A stretch of DNA of 63,300 nt, filler included, from an uncultured Methanosarcinales archaeon (GTDB lineage: Archaea; Nanobdellota; Nanobdellia; Woesearchaeales; JAGLXL01), in NCBI GenBank assembly GCA_964472345.1. It is 8 parts of 8 records of this genome, joined end to end, with 100 filler letters (N's around TTAATTAATTAA, not from the genome) between each part and the next. Parts side by side here need not be neighbours in the genome. Positions count along the whole stretch, not along the records: positions 1 to 9,097 come from CAYYLB010000053.1; 7 more parts are not named here. The stretch is one strand, 5' to 3'. This document shows, in pieces, positions 1 to 9,097 of the stretch. The notes beneath the pieces were generated by a model. The model made no database searches. It saw nothing but the letters and a program-made list of their open reading frames with translations, and was not told the origin of the DNA. The position numbers and the translations under genes are program-made. Within the stretch, counting starts at the first letter, position 1, and each line of letters opens with the position of its first letter.

Positions 1-100
1 TCGCTCCGCTCGGCAACCCCCGCGACGCTCCCGATGAGCCTTCCGAAGGAATTTTCGCCCAAGGCTGCTCACTCTTTTTCGGGATGCGGCCCAAGCCTAC

Positions 101-233
101 GGCGTTATTGAAAAGTTCCCGTTCGCTACGCGCGAGCTGCGTGTCCTCCGGACAGGATTCGCGCTAGCGCCTGGCGGGCGTCCCGCTCACGCCAGCGCTC
201 ACTGGCCGCCTTGGCGAACTTTTCAATAACGCC
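101..233. mobile_element. MITE family A, copy 1 (133 bp)
   Basis: 18-bp TIRs GGCGTTATTGAAAAGTTC / GAACTTTTCAATAACGCC; perfect 8-bp flanking direct repeat AAGCCTAC (93-100, 234-241). Confidence 0.9.
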
Positions 234-247
234 AAGCCTACACAACC

Positions 248-255
248 TTTTTAAA
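248..255 (+). promoter_or_regulatory. TATA box of signal peptidase-tfs operon
   Basis: TTTTTAAA starting 31 bp upstream of ATG 279, the spacing expected for a leaderless archaeal transcript. Confidence 0.7.
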
Positions 256-278
256 GCTCGCGCCGTGTTCCGGGCGGG

Positions 279-893
279 ATGAGGAGAGAAGACGCGAGCA
301 CACTGCCGAAAAAGCTGTGGTACTTCCTGTGGTACGATAACAGCGTGTGGAGCTGGGTCGTCAATATCGCTCTCGCATTCCTGCTGATCAAGTTTGCGGT
401 ATTTCCGGGGCTTGGCTTCCTGCTGGGGACGTCGCATCCGATCGTGGCGGTGGTCTCCAACAGCATGGAGCAGGATGGATTGTTTGACGCATGGTGGGCG
501 GAGCAGCAGCAGTGGTATCTCCTGCGGAACATCACGCGGGAGCAGTTTGCGGCATTCCCGTTCCGCAACGGATTCAACAAAGGCGACATCATGGTGCTTC
601 GCGGCAAGGATGCTGAATCAATCGAGGTCGGTGATATCCTTGTCTTTGAAAGCGGACGGCCGAATCCCATCATCCACCGCGTGGTGAGGAAGTGGCGTGC
701 TGAAGGGCAGGAGCTTTTCCAGACGAAGGGGGACCATAATGGCGACAGCATCGCAGGCGGGTTTGTCGATGAGATGGCGATCCGTGAAGAGCGTGTCATC
801 GGTGCCGCGGTGCTGCGCGTTCCGCTGCTTGGGTGGATCAAGATCTGGTTTGTGGAGCTCATTGAACTGGTGAAGGCTGCGGCCGGCGGGTGA
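279..893 (+). CDS. sec11: Signal peptidase I, archaeal Sec11 type
   Basis: N-terminal TM; VVSNSME (catalytic Ser), GDI, IIHRV (catalytic His), TKGDHN. Confidence 0.88.
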   Translation: MRREDASTLPKKLWYFLWYDNSVWSWVVNIALAFLLIKFAVFPGLGFLLGTSHPIVAVVSNSMEQDGLFDAWWAEQQQWYLLRNITREQFAAFPFRNGFNKGDIMVLRGKDAESIEVGDILVFESGRPNPIIHRVVRKWRAEGQELFQTKGDHNGDSIAGGFVDEMAIREERVIGAAVLRVPLLGWIKIWFVELIELVKAAAGG

Positions 894-1204
894 TGATGAT
901 GTTCTGTCCGAAATGCAAGTCGCTGCTGAAGCCCATGACCGTTGCGGGCAAGCGGGTGCTTGGGTGCTCGTGCGGCTACCGGCAGGTGGGAGGAAGCATG
1001 AGCATCACCGAGAAAAACCGCGGCGCGAAAGAGGTGCATGTGGTCGAGGAGCGCGATACCAGGCCTCTGACTGATGCACGCTGCGGGAAGTGCGGCCACG
1101 GCAAAGCACACTTCTGGAGCATGCAGACGAGGGCGGCGGACGAGCCGGAGACACGATTTTTTAAATGCGAGAAGTGCGGACACACGTGGCGGGAGTACAA
1201 GTAA
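890..1204 (+). CDS. tfs: Transcription factor S (TFS/RpoM); start could be any of four consecutive Met
   Basis: Two Zn ribbons (FCPKC..CSCG; CGKC..CEKC) and QTRAADEP acidic hairpin. Confidence 0.93.
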   Translation: MMMMFCPKCKSLLKPMTVAGKRVLGCSCGYRQVGGSMSITEKNRGAKEVHVVEERDTRPLTDARCGKCGHGKAHFWSMQTRAADEPETRFFKCEKCGHTWREYK

Positions 1205-1219
1205 CGCTGAAGGTGGCTG

Positions 1220-1444
1220 ATGGTTTCTCCTGGGGAGCGGATTGCGGTTCGGGTGACGCCGAACGCGGCATGCGCGGCGCTTGAGCAGACGGGAGATGCG
1301 GCATTCCGTGCGCGCGTCACGGCTCCTGCTGACAAAAACAAGGCGAATGAGGCGCTCGTGAAGCTGTTCAGGAAAAAACTCGGCGTGCGTGTGCGGATTG
1401 TTGCCGGAGCACGATCAAAGGAGAAGGTCGTTGAGGCCTACTGA
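1220..1444 (+). CDS. DUF167 (YggU-like) protein
   Basis: VRVTPNA...VTAPADKNKANEALVKL...IVAGARSKEK pattern. Confidence 0.85.
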   Translation: MVSPGERIAVRVTPNAACAALEQTGDAAFRARVTAPADKNKANEALVKLFRKKLGVRVRIVAGARSKEKVVEAY

Positions 1445-2463
1445 TTCGCGTACTGCTCAAGCTCGTCATACAGGACCTCGAGCTGCACGCCCGCCTGCCT
1501 GAAAAGCTCGCGGCTGAGCTGGGCGCCGTGGTAGCGCTTCTCGCAGACCACACGCCTGATGCCTGCGTTGACGATCATCTTGGCGCAGACGTAGCAGGGC
1601 TCCATCTTCACGTAGAGCGTCGCGCTGTCGATGGGGATGCCGTATCTGGCTGCCTGGACGAGGGCGTTCTGCTCGGCATGCGTCGTGCGGATGCAATGCT
1701 GCGAGATGCTTCCATCTGCATTGACGACCGCATGCATCTGGTGACCGATTTCGTCACAGTGCTCGACCCCCACCGGCGAGCCAACGTAACCCGTGGTGAG
1801 GATGCGCTTGTCTTTCACGATGACGCACCCGGATCGGCCACGGTCGCATGTCGCGCGCTTGGCGACTTCCCGCGAGACGCCGAGGAAGTACTCGTCCCAG
1901 CTCGGGCGATGCGAAAGCCTGGGCTTCCAGTCAGCGAGCAGGCGGTCGAGCTTCCGGTACAGCTGGCCGAATGCACCATTGTTTGCGACCTTAATCTTTG
2001 CGAGAGCAGCCACCTTATGGAGCTGCTGCTCATTCGCGCTGGCGCTCTGCTCCTGCCGCTCCCTGGCGGTGAATTCCCCATAGGTCGCCGGATCATTCTC
2101 CCGCCGGCGCCTTTTCATGCGGCCGAAGCGGAGCTTCGCCGGAGCCTGAACCTCGATCAGCATGAAATCAGGACGCTGGCGGAGGAGCGCGACTTCCGCG
2201 GGATTCCGGATGGACGAGACTGCATAATTCTTGCCAGGCTCCATGCGCTGCAATGCACGCTCGGCGAGAATCCCTGCGCCAAACAATTCGCGCAGCTCAT
2301 TGCCGAAGAGGATCATGCTTTCGCGGGTGACGGGCCTGCCGCGCCTCTGCATCTGCTCGCGGATGATGTCGGACAATGAGATATGGAGGAAGCCTTTCGT
2401 GACGAGATGGTTCGCAGCCGTGTCCTTCCCCGAGCAGTACAGGCCGGTGATGCCAAGGATCAT
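1438..2463 (-). CDS. P-loop nucleotide-kinase-like domain fused to dCMP deaminase
   Basis: Start MILGITG; Walker A GLYCSGKD; C-terminal PSWDEYF, HAEQN and PCYVC zinc-deaminase motifs. Confidence 0.88.
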   Translation of the reverse strand: MILGITGLYCSGKDTAANHLVTKGFLHISLSDIIREQMQRRGRPVTRESMILFGNELRELFGAGILAERALQRMEPGKNYAVSSIRNPAEVALLRQRPDFMLIEVQAPAKLRFGRMKRRRRENDPATYGEFTARERQEQSASANEQQLHKVAALAKIKVANNGAFGQLYRKLDRLLADWKPRLSHRPSWDEYFLGVSREVAKRATCDRGRSGCVIVKDKRILTTGYVGSPVGVEHCDEIGHQMHAVVNADGSISQHCIRTTHAEQNALVQAARYGIPIDSATLYVKMEPCYVCAKMIVNAGIRRVVCEKRYHGAQLSRELFRQAGVQLEVLYDELEQYANQ

Positions 2464-2580
2464 GCCTGGCTTTTGCTGCGGCGTGTTTAAAATGTTTACT
2501 ATTGTTGGATAGTTATAATCAACTCCCACCACGAAGCGCAAAAAGAAACTATTATAAAGTCCCTTCTTTTCTGCCGGGCT

Positions 2581-3339
2581 ATGAACCTTCGGGGGATTGT
2601 CTCAACGAAGCGGCTTTTCTTCCTGTTCCTGTTCACGGCGCTCGTCTTCGCCGGAAACCGCGTCAATTTTTCCGCGCTCGTCGGGGCTGATAACCAGTTC
2701 TTTACGCTGTTCCAGTTCTTTGGGCCCATTGCGGGCGGCTTCTTGGGCGGCGCGCCTGGCGCGATCACGGTGCTGCTGGCGGAGCTGCTCGATGCTCTTG
2801 CTGCCGGCAAGGCGTTCACGCTGCTGAACATCCTCCGGTTCGCCCCCATGGCATTCGGAGCGCTCTTTTTCGGCATGATCAGCTTTCAGAAGAAAAAAGG
2901 ACTTCGGAGCGCTTTTCCTGCTGTCGCCGTTCCTGCCGCCTGCATCGCGCTTTTCGTGCTGCATCCTGTCGGCAGGGAGGTGTGGTATTTTTCGCTCTAC
3001 TGGCTGATCCCCGTCGCTGTCGCGCTTCTGCCCCACAAAACCCCGGGAGCGCTGCTGCTCAGGAGCTATGGAGCGACGTTCACCGCGCATGCCGTCGGCG
3101 GGGCTCTTTGGATCTGGACGGTCCCGATGAGCCCGGAGCAGTGGATTGCATTGATTCCCGTGGTTGCGTTTGAGCGGTTCCTGTTCGGCCTGGGGATTGG
3201 AGGATCCTACGTCCTTGTCAACAGCTTCTTGGACCTCGCCGCTGAAAAGATGCGCGTGCAACTGCCGGAGCAGATTGTCCGTGTCGACAGGCGCTACGCT
3301 CTTGGGCGGCTTTTTGCGCAGCGCGCCGGGCGCGAGTGA
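2581..3339 (+). CDS. Polytopic membrane protein, possible ECF S-component-like vitamin (folate) transporter
   Basis: About 6-7 hydrophobic segments; FGPIAGGFLGGAPGA; lies in the folate cluster; TATA-like ATTATAAA 30 bp upstream. Confidence 0.5.
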   Translation: MNLRGIVSTKRLFFLFLFTALVFAGNRVNFSALVGADNQFFTLFQFFGPIAGGFLGGAPGAITVLLAELLDALAAGKAFTLLNILRFAPMAFGALFFGMISFQKKKGLRSAFPAVAVPAACIALFVLHPVGREVWYFSLYWLIPVAVALLPHKTPGALLLRSYGATFTAHAVGGALWIWTVPMSPEQWIALIPVVAFERFLFGLGIGGSYVLVNSFLDLAAEKMRVQLPEQIVRVDRRYALGRLFAQRAGRE

Positions 3340-4601
3340 CTGCCTCTCCCTTGCCTGAGAATCCGGCAGGCATCCCCCACCATGTACAGCGAGCCGGTGA
3401 CGAGGAGCAGATCATCTTCTGCAAGCAGGCTGCGTGCGGCTCCGATTGCCTGCCGCACGTCGGGGAGTTCGCGGACGCCTGGCGCGTATTTCCTTGCTTC
3501 GACTGCGATGGTTCCTGTGGGCGCGGGCTTGTAGCTGCCCTGCGTGATGATGACTTCCTTAAAGAGGGGAGCGATCAGCTTCACCATTCCGGCAATGTCC
3601 TTGTCCTTGGCGATGGCGATGAGGAGCGCGCGGCGGTTCGGGAGCTTCCTGATAAATGAGGCGAGGGCGCGCATGCCCGCGATGTTGTGGGCGCCGTCAA
3701 CGATGATGAGCGGCCGCCGTGAGACAATCTCAAGACGGGCGGGCCAGCGGGCGGCTGCAATGCCCTGCTGAAGGACTGCATAGGGGAGCGTGCCGCGGGT
3801 GAAGCAATGGACGGCGAGCAGCGCGGTGCAGGCATTGGCGAGCTGGTGGGCGCCGAGCAGCCCCGTGGCGAATGTCCCCTGCACGGTGCCGCTGAGCGAG
3901 AAGCGCTGCTGACCGAGCGTCACGGAGACGGGCGCTGCCGTGAGGTGCTCCTGGACACGGATGAGCGCGCTATTGTGCTCGGCGCATATCTTCCTGAAAG
4001 AGCTGAGGATGCGCGGGCTTGTTTCTGCGGTTATAAGCGGGATGCCGGGCTTGATGATGCCGGCCTTTTCCCCGGCGATCCGGCTGAGCGTGCTGCCAAG
4101 GTGCTCCTGATGGTCGAGGCTGATGTTGGTGATGACGGCAACTTCCGGCGTGATGACATTGGTGGCGTCGAGGCGGCCGCCCATGCCGACTTCGATGACA
4201 GCGACGTCAACCTTCTTTTGAACGAAATAGAGGAATGCGAGCGCGGTGGTGAACTCGAAGAAGGTGGGCTGGAGCCGGTGCTCCCCGGCGAGGGTGCGGA
4301 TGCGGCCGGTGAGAATGATGAGCTCACCGTCCGTTATTTCCTTCCGGCCGACCCTGATGCGCTCGTTGAACGTGATGAGATGCGGGCTGGTATAGAGGCC
4401 GACGCGCATGCCGGCTGCCTGGAGGATGCTTGCGGTGAACGCGGCGGTGGAGCCCTTGCCGTTGGTGCCGGCGATGTGGATGCTCCTGAATTTCCTTTCG
4501 GGGTGGCCGAGGAGCTCCATCAGCCGCTGCATTGTTTCCAGGCCGAGCCTGATGCCGAAGCGCTCGAGGCCGTAGAGGTAGTCGAGGGTTTTGTTGGGCA
4601 T
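3294..4601 (-). CDS. folC: Folylpolyglutamate synthase/dihydrofolate synthase
   Basis: IHIAGTNGKGST, YTSPHL, EVGMGGRLDATN, DGAHN, TGSLYMVG. Confidence 0.95.
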   Translation of the reverse strand: MPNKTLDYLYGLERFGIRLGLETMQRLMELLGHPERKFRSIHIAGTNGKGSTAAFTASILQAAGMRVGLYTSPHLITFNERIRVGRKEITDGELIILTGRIRTLAGEHRLQPTFFEFTTALAFLYFVQKKVDVAVIEVGMGGRLDATNVITPEVAVITNISLDHQEHLGSTLSRIAGEKAGIIKPGIPLITAETSPRILSSFRKICAEHNSALIRVQEHLTAAPVSVTLGQQRFSLSGTVQGTFATGLLGAHQLANACTALLAVHCFTRGTLPYAVLQQGIAAARWPARLEIVSRRPLIIVDGAHNIAGMRALASFIRKLPNRRALLIAIAKDKDIAGMVKLIAPLFKEVIITQGSYKPAPTGTIAVEARKYAPGVRELPDVRQAIGAARSLLAEDDLLLVTGSLYMVGDACRILRQGRGSHSRPARCAKSRPRA

Positions 4602-4757
4602 GGCGGTTTTGGAGAGGGGTTGCTTAAAAATGTGGCGGGTGGCCGTGTGCTGCGTCTATTATCAGTCTCTCCATCTTCAAGAAAGGCGAAAGCTCCCGTG
4701 AAAAAACAACCATCTCCAAGCTGCAGCCCTTATCTCATGTTCCCTGCGTCTGCAATT

Positions 4758-4970
4758 TCAATCAATATTCATAATAAACCCCCCTTTGTTATCCAACAGC
4801 TTACGTGCTACCCGGTTCTCAAGCTTTTCTCCGAGCCTATCCAGTTCTTTCATATTAACCCCGAAAGACAGATGGTTATCATCAATCTCAAACTCCCCCT
4901 TGATGAAATGAATCTGGAAGTAGTTGCTTACCAAGCTGTATGTTTTTATCTTTCCTATGGGAGCCTCCAC
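4758..4970 (-). CDS. Short hypothetical ORF or gene remnant
   Basis: 70-aa ORF directly after the AbiEii-like gene; no motif recognised. Confidence 0.3.
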   Translation of the reverse strand: MEAPIGKIKTYSLVSNYFQIHFIKGEFEIDDNHLSFGVNMKELDRLGEKLENRVARKLLDNKGGFIMNID

Positions 4971-4989
4971 CCTCTTGGCATCCGTAGGT

Positions 4990-5757
4990 TCATGTATATC
5001 TTTCAGCTAACTCATGGGAGACTTTTTTCCAGATGAGTTTAAACGGGGGAAGTGTTGTAGTAAATCCTTTTAATTCCTTTTCCCATCTGTTTTCAAAGCC
5101 TTCCAGATTGAGGATTACTGTTGCTACATCAAATTGTTCATGGTAGTACTCCATCTTCTTTTCAATCAATTCTTTGCTACAAACCACCTTATTCTCAATT
5201 AAAAAATGAAGGTCGAACAGGTCTCTTGCCCGCTTTCTCGTGAGGAGAGCCCTTATCTTTTCAGCAAAAATTTCCTCTTTCTTCATGCACAATGAGGATA
5301 CTGCAGCAATTTCCGGATACATAGATCGATACGTAAGGAATTCGGGCTCTAAGCTTACTTGGGATTTTATGTTTATGTCAATTCCAAGATTTGCGTAGGT
5401 TGTTGGCTTCCCTGCGTACAGCGGCCCTTCTATTCTCAATGTTACCAGAATTGAGTTATAGGGCTGTCTTTTTTTGTGTAGTGCTGACTTAATGCCAAAC
5501 CTTTCAAAATCAAGCATAATGGAATCCACAAGCGAATTCACATCAATATGCTCTCGTGCACTAAAATCGATGTCTTCACTGAACCGGCCGAGCTTGTGGA
5601 ATTTATAGAGACAGGTCCCGCCCTTAAACACGAGCTGCCTCTTTGTATGTTTTGAAATGCTCCACAACGCCAAATCAATGAGATAATCTTTCTCCGCATT
5701 CCCCAGGTTAAGCCCTTTCATCCGCGCAAAGTCCTGCAGCTCTTTTTTGTTTATCAT
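4990..5757 (-). CDS. Type IV TA toxin, AbiEii/DUF1814 nucleotidyltransferase
   Basis: EKDY, FKGGTCL, RFSEDIDF, EKIRAL, RARDLFDL; ATGA overlap with upstream gene. Confidence 0.9.
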   Translation of the reverse strand: MINKKELQDFARMKGLNLGNAEKDYLIDLALWSISKHTKRQLVFKGGTCLYKFHKLGRFSEDIDFSAREHIDVNSLVDSIMLDFERFGIKSALHKKRQPYNSILVTLRIEGPLYAGKPTTYANLGIDINIKSQVSLEPEFLTYRSMYPEIAAVSSLCMKKEEIFAEKIRALLTRKRARDLFDLHFLIENKVVCSKELIEKKMEYYHEQFDVATVILNLEGFENRWEKELKGFTTTLPPFKLIWKKVSHELAERYT

Positions 5758-6440
5758 AGGTCGGTGTTTATAATTAACCTCCATGAGCGGTCTTTTTTGC
5801 CTTTTTTCTCATTGAAGTAATCCAACGGGATGTAATTATGGTCTAATGCCTTCAAGCCGTAGCTTTTTTCTTTTTTAGCCTGTAACAGATAGCCTAACCT
5901 TTTTATCAAAGATATATTATTCGTTTTTTTTGCATATTCTGCGAGCTTTTCAAAGTTTAGCCCTTCACTGTCTAAAGCGTAAACAATATCTTGTAGGGGT
6001 ATTTTAAATAAAAGCGCATCGATGATCGCTTTTTCTTTCTCAGCCATAAAGATGTCAAAATCCGCATATCTCTCCTTTTTATAGCCAAACGGGTGCTTTG
6101 TCTTGAAAAACATAATCTCTGTATTTTGAAAGCTCAGCTTTTTTTTATTAATCGCGGAGACTACAAATAACCCATAGGGCTGCTGCTGGGTCATATTGTA
6201 GAACCTGAAAGCGGTCCAGAGGCTAAAGTAGGAAGGCGTTATGATCCGGGATGAGAAAAGCATAGGATCATCATAAACGGTGTATTTGCCTTTTTCTATC
6301 CTTTTGATAAGGTTTTGTCTGTTGAGCCGGTACAGCAATGTCTTCACGTATTCAGGGCTTTTGTTGGTCATCTTTGCCACATCATTCTCGGTGAATAATG
6401 GAAATCTTTCAAGTTTTTTCAATAAGTGGATTGATTTCAT
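5754..6440 (-). CDS. Type IV TA antitoxin, AbiEi-like
   Basis: N-terminal wHTH (IKRIEKGKY), PSYFSLWTAF, EKAIIDAL; coupled to the AbiEii-like gene. Confidence 0.85.
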   Translation of the reverse strand: MKSIHLLKKLERFPLFTENDVAKMTNKSPEYVKTLLYRLNRQNLIKRIEKGKYTVYDDPMLFSSRIITPSYFSLWTAFRFYNMTQQQPYGLFVVSAINKKKLSFQNTEIMFFKTKHPFGYKKERYADFDIFMAEKEKAIIDALLFKIPLQDIVYALDSEGLNFEKLAEYAKKTNNISLIKRLGYLLQAKKEKSYGLKALDHNYIPLDYFNEKKGKKDRSWRLIINTDL

Positions 6441-6662
6441 GGATGGTGCTTGAGAAGAGCAAGTATATAAATATTTTGGTTTTAGATGGTAATCAAAAAT
6501 GATTACTTTATTATACTGAGATAGTTGAATGAAGCGCCCGGCTGGAGAGGGCGAGCGAAAACGATAGGTTTGAAGGTAAGAAGATGGGAATGGGCAGGGT
6601 AGCGGGCGTGCATCGCCCAAGAACCGCAACATTTATATAATTAGAGTATAATTATACAACCT

Positions 6663-6875
6663 ATGGCAGAAATCGAGGCCGTAACCCGCAAATGGGGAAA
6701 CTCGCTAGGCATCACCCTGCCAAAAAGAGTTATAGAACAGGAGCACCTGCGTGAAAACCAAAAAATAGTCGTTGAAATCCATAAAGTCGCTGACATCCAA
6801 AGGTTACGCGGTCTCGTCAAATTCAAAAAACCCGCACAACAGCTTAAAGATGAGATGCGAGCGGGCTGGAAATGA
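6663..6875 (+). CDS. AbrB/MazE-family antitoxin
   Basis: RKWGNSLGITLPK; TTTATATA 31 bp upstream. Confidence 0.9.
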   Translation: MAEIEAVTRKWGNSLGITLPKRVIEQEHLRENQKIVVEIHKVADIQRLRGLVKFKKPAQQLKDEMRAGWK

Positions 6876-7240
6876 GCACGTTCTTCTATGACAGCTATGC
6901 GGTCATCGAGTACCTTAACGACAACCCCCGCTTCCGGCCGTATTTCGAAGAGCACACCGGCATCCTTACGCTTTTAAACATTCTGGAGATCTACTACTCC
7001 GTTCTCAATGAAGCGGGAAAAGAAAAAGCCGGTACTGCCCTAGAGGCACTCTGGCCCCTCGTCGCTGAGCCGACGAAGGAAACAATAAAACGTGCAATGG
7101 CCTTCCGTTCCCAGAACAAAAGGCATGACCTTTCGTACGCTAACTGCCTGGGTTACCAGCTTGCTTTTGAGCGCGGAATAAAATTCTTGACAGGAGATAC
7201 TCAGTTCAGAAACCTCAAGAATGTTGAATTTGTCAAATAA
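6872..7240 (+). CDS. PIN-domain (VapC-like) toxin
   Basis: FFYDSYAVIEY, EIYY, LSYAN, FLTGD; ATGA overlap with the antitoxin. Confidence 0.88.
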   Translation: MSTFFYDSYAVIEYLNDNPRFRPYFEEHTGILTLLNILEIYYSVLNEAGKEKAGTALEALWPLVAEPTKETIKRAMAFRSQNKRHDLSYANCLGYQLAFERGIKFLTGDTQFRNLKNVEFVK

Positions 7241-7391
7241 AGCATCGGTGCTGGTTGTTCAGGGGCGTTTGCGTTTTCTGGGTGTTCTTGCCCTTCTTGG
7301 GGGAGAAACTCATTTCGGGAAAAGACAGGGCAACTCAACCACCAAAATCTATTTAAACTTCATAACGGCTTGATGCCGGGGGTGGAAACAG

Positions 7392-8264
7392 GTGAAAGCC
7401 TATCTTGATATTGTTAAGAAAGTTCTCGCAGATGGGATTGTAAAAAAGAGCAGAACAGGAACCGATTGCCTGACCATTGCGGGCGCCATGTTCGAGCATG
7501 ACATGTCAAGAGGCTTTCCGCTGCTGACGACGAAAAAAGTCCCGTTCAGGAACGTGGCGACCGAGCTGGAGTTCTTCATCAAAGGGATCACGGACAAGAA
7601 ATGGCTCCAGGAAAGAAATAACCACATCTGGGATGAATGGGCAAACCCGCAAAAAGCGCCCTACGGCCATAGCGAAGATGCAAAGCAGCGCATGCTCAAC
7701 GAGCGAGACCTTGGCCCCGTGTACGGCTTCCAGTGGCGGCATTTTGGAGCGCGATATGTTGATTATGATACGGACTATGCAGGACAGGGCATCGACCAGC
7801 TCAAGCGGGTTGTTGAGAAGCTGAAGACTGATCCTACTGACCGACGGATGATCGTGTGCGCGTGGAATCCTGTCGACATGGGGAATATGGGCCTGCCGCC
7901 CTGCCACTACGCCTGGCAAGCCGTTGTTATCAACAACAAGCTCAACCTGCTCTGGAACCAGCGCTCGGTGGACACGATGCTTGGGCTGCCGTTCAACATT
8001 GCAAGCTATGCCCTGCTGCTCCATCTTCTTGCAAAAGAAGCGAAGCTCGAAGAAGGCAAGCTTGCCGGTTTCCTCGCAGACGTGCACATCTACGAGAACC
8101 ACATCGCGGGAGCGAAGGAGCAGCTTTCGCGGGATCCGGCGATGTACCCGCTGCCGCGTGTTGAAACCGCGAACTTTACCTCCCTCTTCCAGTGGAAAGC
8201 GGAAGATACAAAACTGCTCAACTACCAAAGCCATCCCAGGATCGAGTTCGAGATTGCGGTGTGA
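7392..8264 (+). CDS. thyA: Thymidylate synthase
   Basis: FPLLTTK, LGPVYGFQWR, LPPCH, QRSVD, GLPFNIASY, HIYENH. Confidence 0.97.
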   Translation: MKAYLDIVKKVLADGIVKKSRTGTDCLTIAGAMFEHDMSRGFPLLTTKKVPFRNVATELEFFIKGITDKKWLQERNNHIWDEWANPQKAPYGHSEDAKQRMLNERDLGPVYGFQWRHFGARYVDYDTDYAGQGIDQLKRVVEKLKTDPTDRRMIVCAWNPVDMGNMGLPPCHYAWQAVVINNKLNLLWNQRSVDTMLGLPFNIASYALLLHLLAKEAKLEEGKLAGFLADVHIYENHIAGAKEQLSRDPAMYPLPRVETANFTSLFQWKAEDTKLLNYQSHPRIEFEIAV

Positions 8265-8266
8265 GC

Positions 8267-8737
8267 ATGGCCATAATCATCATCGCCGCAATGACGAAAA
8301 AAGGGCACATCATCGGCAAGGACAACAAGCTCCCGTGGAGCATCCCCGAAGAGCTTGCACTGTTCCGCAGGCTGACAAGCAACGCGACCGTGGTGATGGG
8401 CCGGAAGACGTATGACTCCATCGGGCGGCCGATGCCCCACCGGAACAACATTGTCGTGAGCAGGAGCGTTGGCGCAATTCCCGGCACGGACGTCTGCGCA
8501 ACGATCGGCGAAGGGCTTGAGAAGGCAAGGTCCTACGGGAAGGACATTTTCATCATCGGCGGCGCTCAGATTTATAAGCAGACCATCCCGCTGGCAGACA
8601 AGATGTACCTCTCATTCATCACGCAGGAGTATGATGGCGACACCTGCTTTCCGGAATTTGATGAAGCGGAATGGCGCATCAGCCGGCGCGAAGAGCATGG
8701 CTCATTCGAGTTTGCCGAATATGTGAGGAAACGATGA
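8267..8737 (+). CDS. folA: Dihydrofolate reductase
   Basis: [28 protein letters not shown]. Confidence 0.95.
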   Translation: MAIIIIAAMTKKGHIIGKDNKLPWSIPEELALFRRLTSNATVVMGRKTYDSIGRPMPHRNNIVVSRSVGAIPGTDVCATIGEGLEKARSYGKDIFIIGGAQIYKQTIPLADKMYLSFITQEYDGDTCFPEFDEAEWRISRREEHGSFEFAEYVRKR

Positions 8738-9097
8738 AAGCAATTGCGAAGGCGGATCCTGATGTCTACCAGCATATCACTGCTGAGCTGCGGCGGCAGC
8801 AGGATACGCTGAACCTCATCCCTTCGGAAAACTATGTCAGCAAAGCGGTGATGGAAGCCACGGGTTCCGTCCTGACCAACAAGTACAGCGAAGGGTATCC
8901 ATTAAAACGGTACTACCAGGGAAACCAGCACGTTGACGCGGTCGAGCTGCTTGCCATCGAAAGGGCGAAGAAGCTTTTCGGCGCGGAGCATGCGAACGTG
9001 CAGCCGCTCTCGGGAAGCCCGGCGAACATGGCGATCTTCTTCGCGCTGCTGAAGCCCGGAGAGAAGTTCATGGGCATGCGGCTGGACATGGGGGGGC
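8734..9097 (+). CDS. glyA: Serine hydroxymethyltransferase, 5' part (cut by contig end)
   Basis: [27 protein letters not shown]. Confidence 0.93.
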
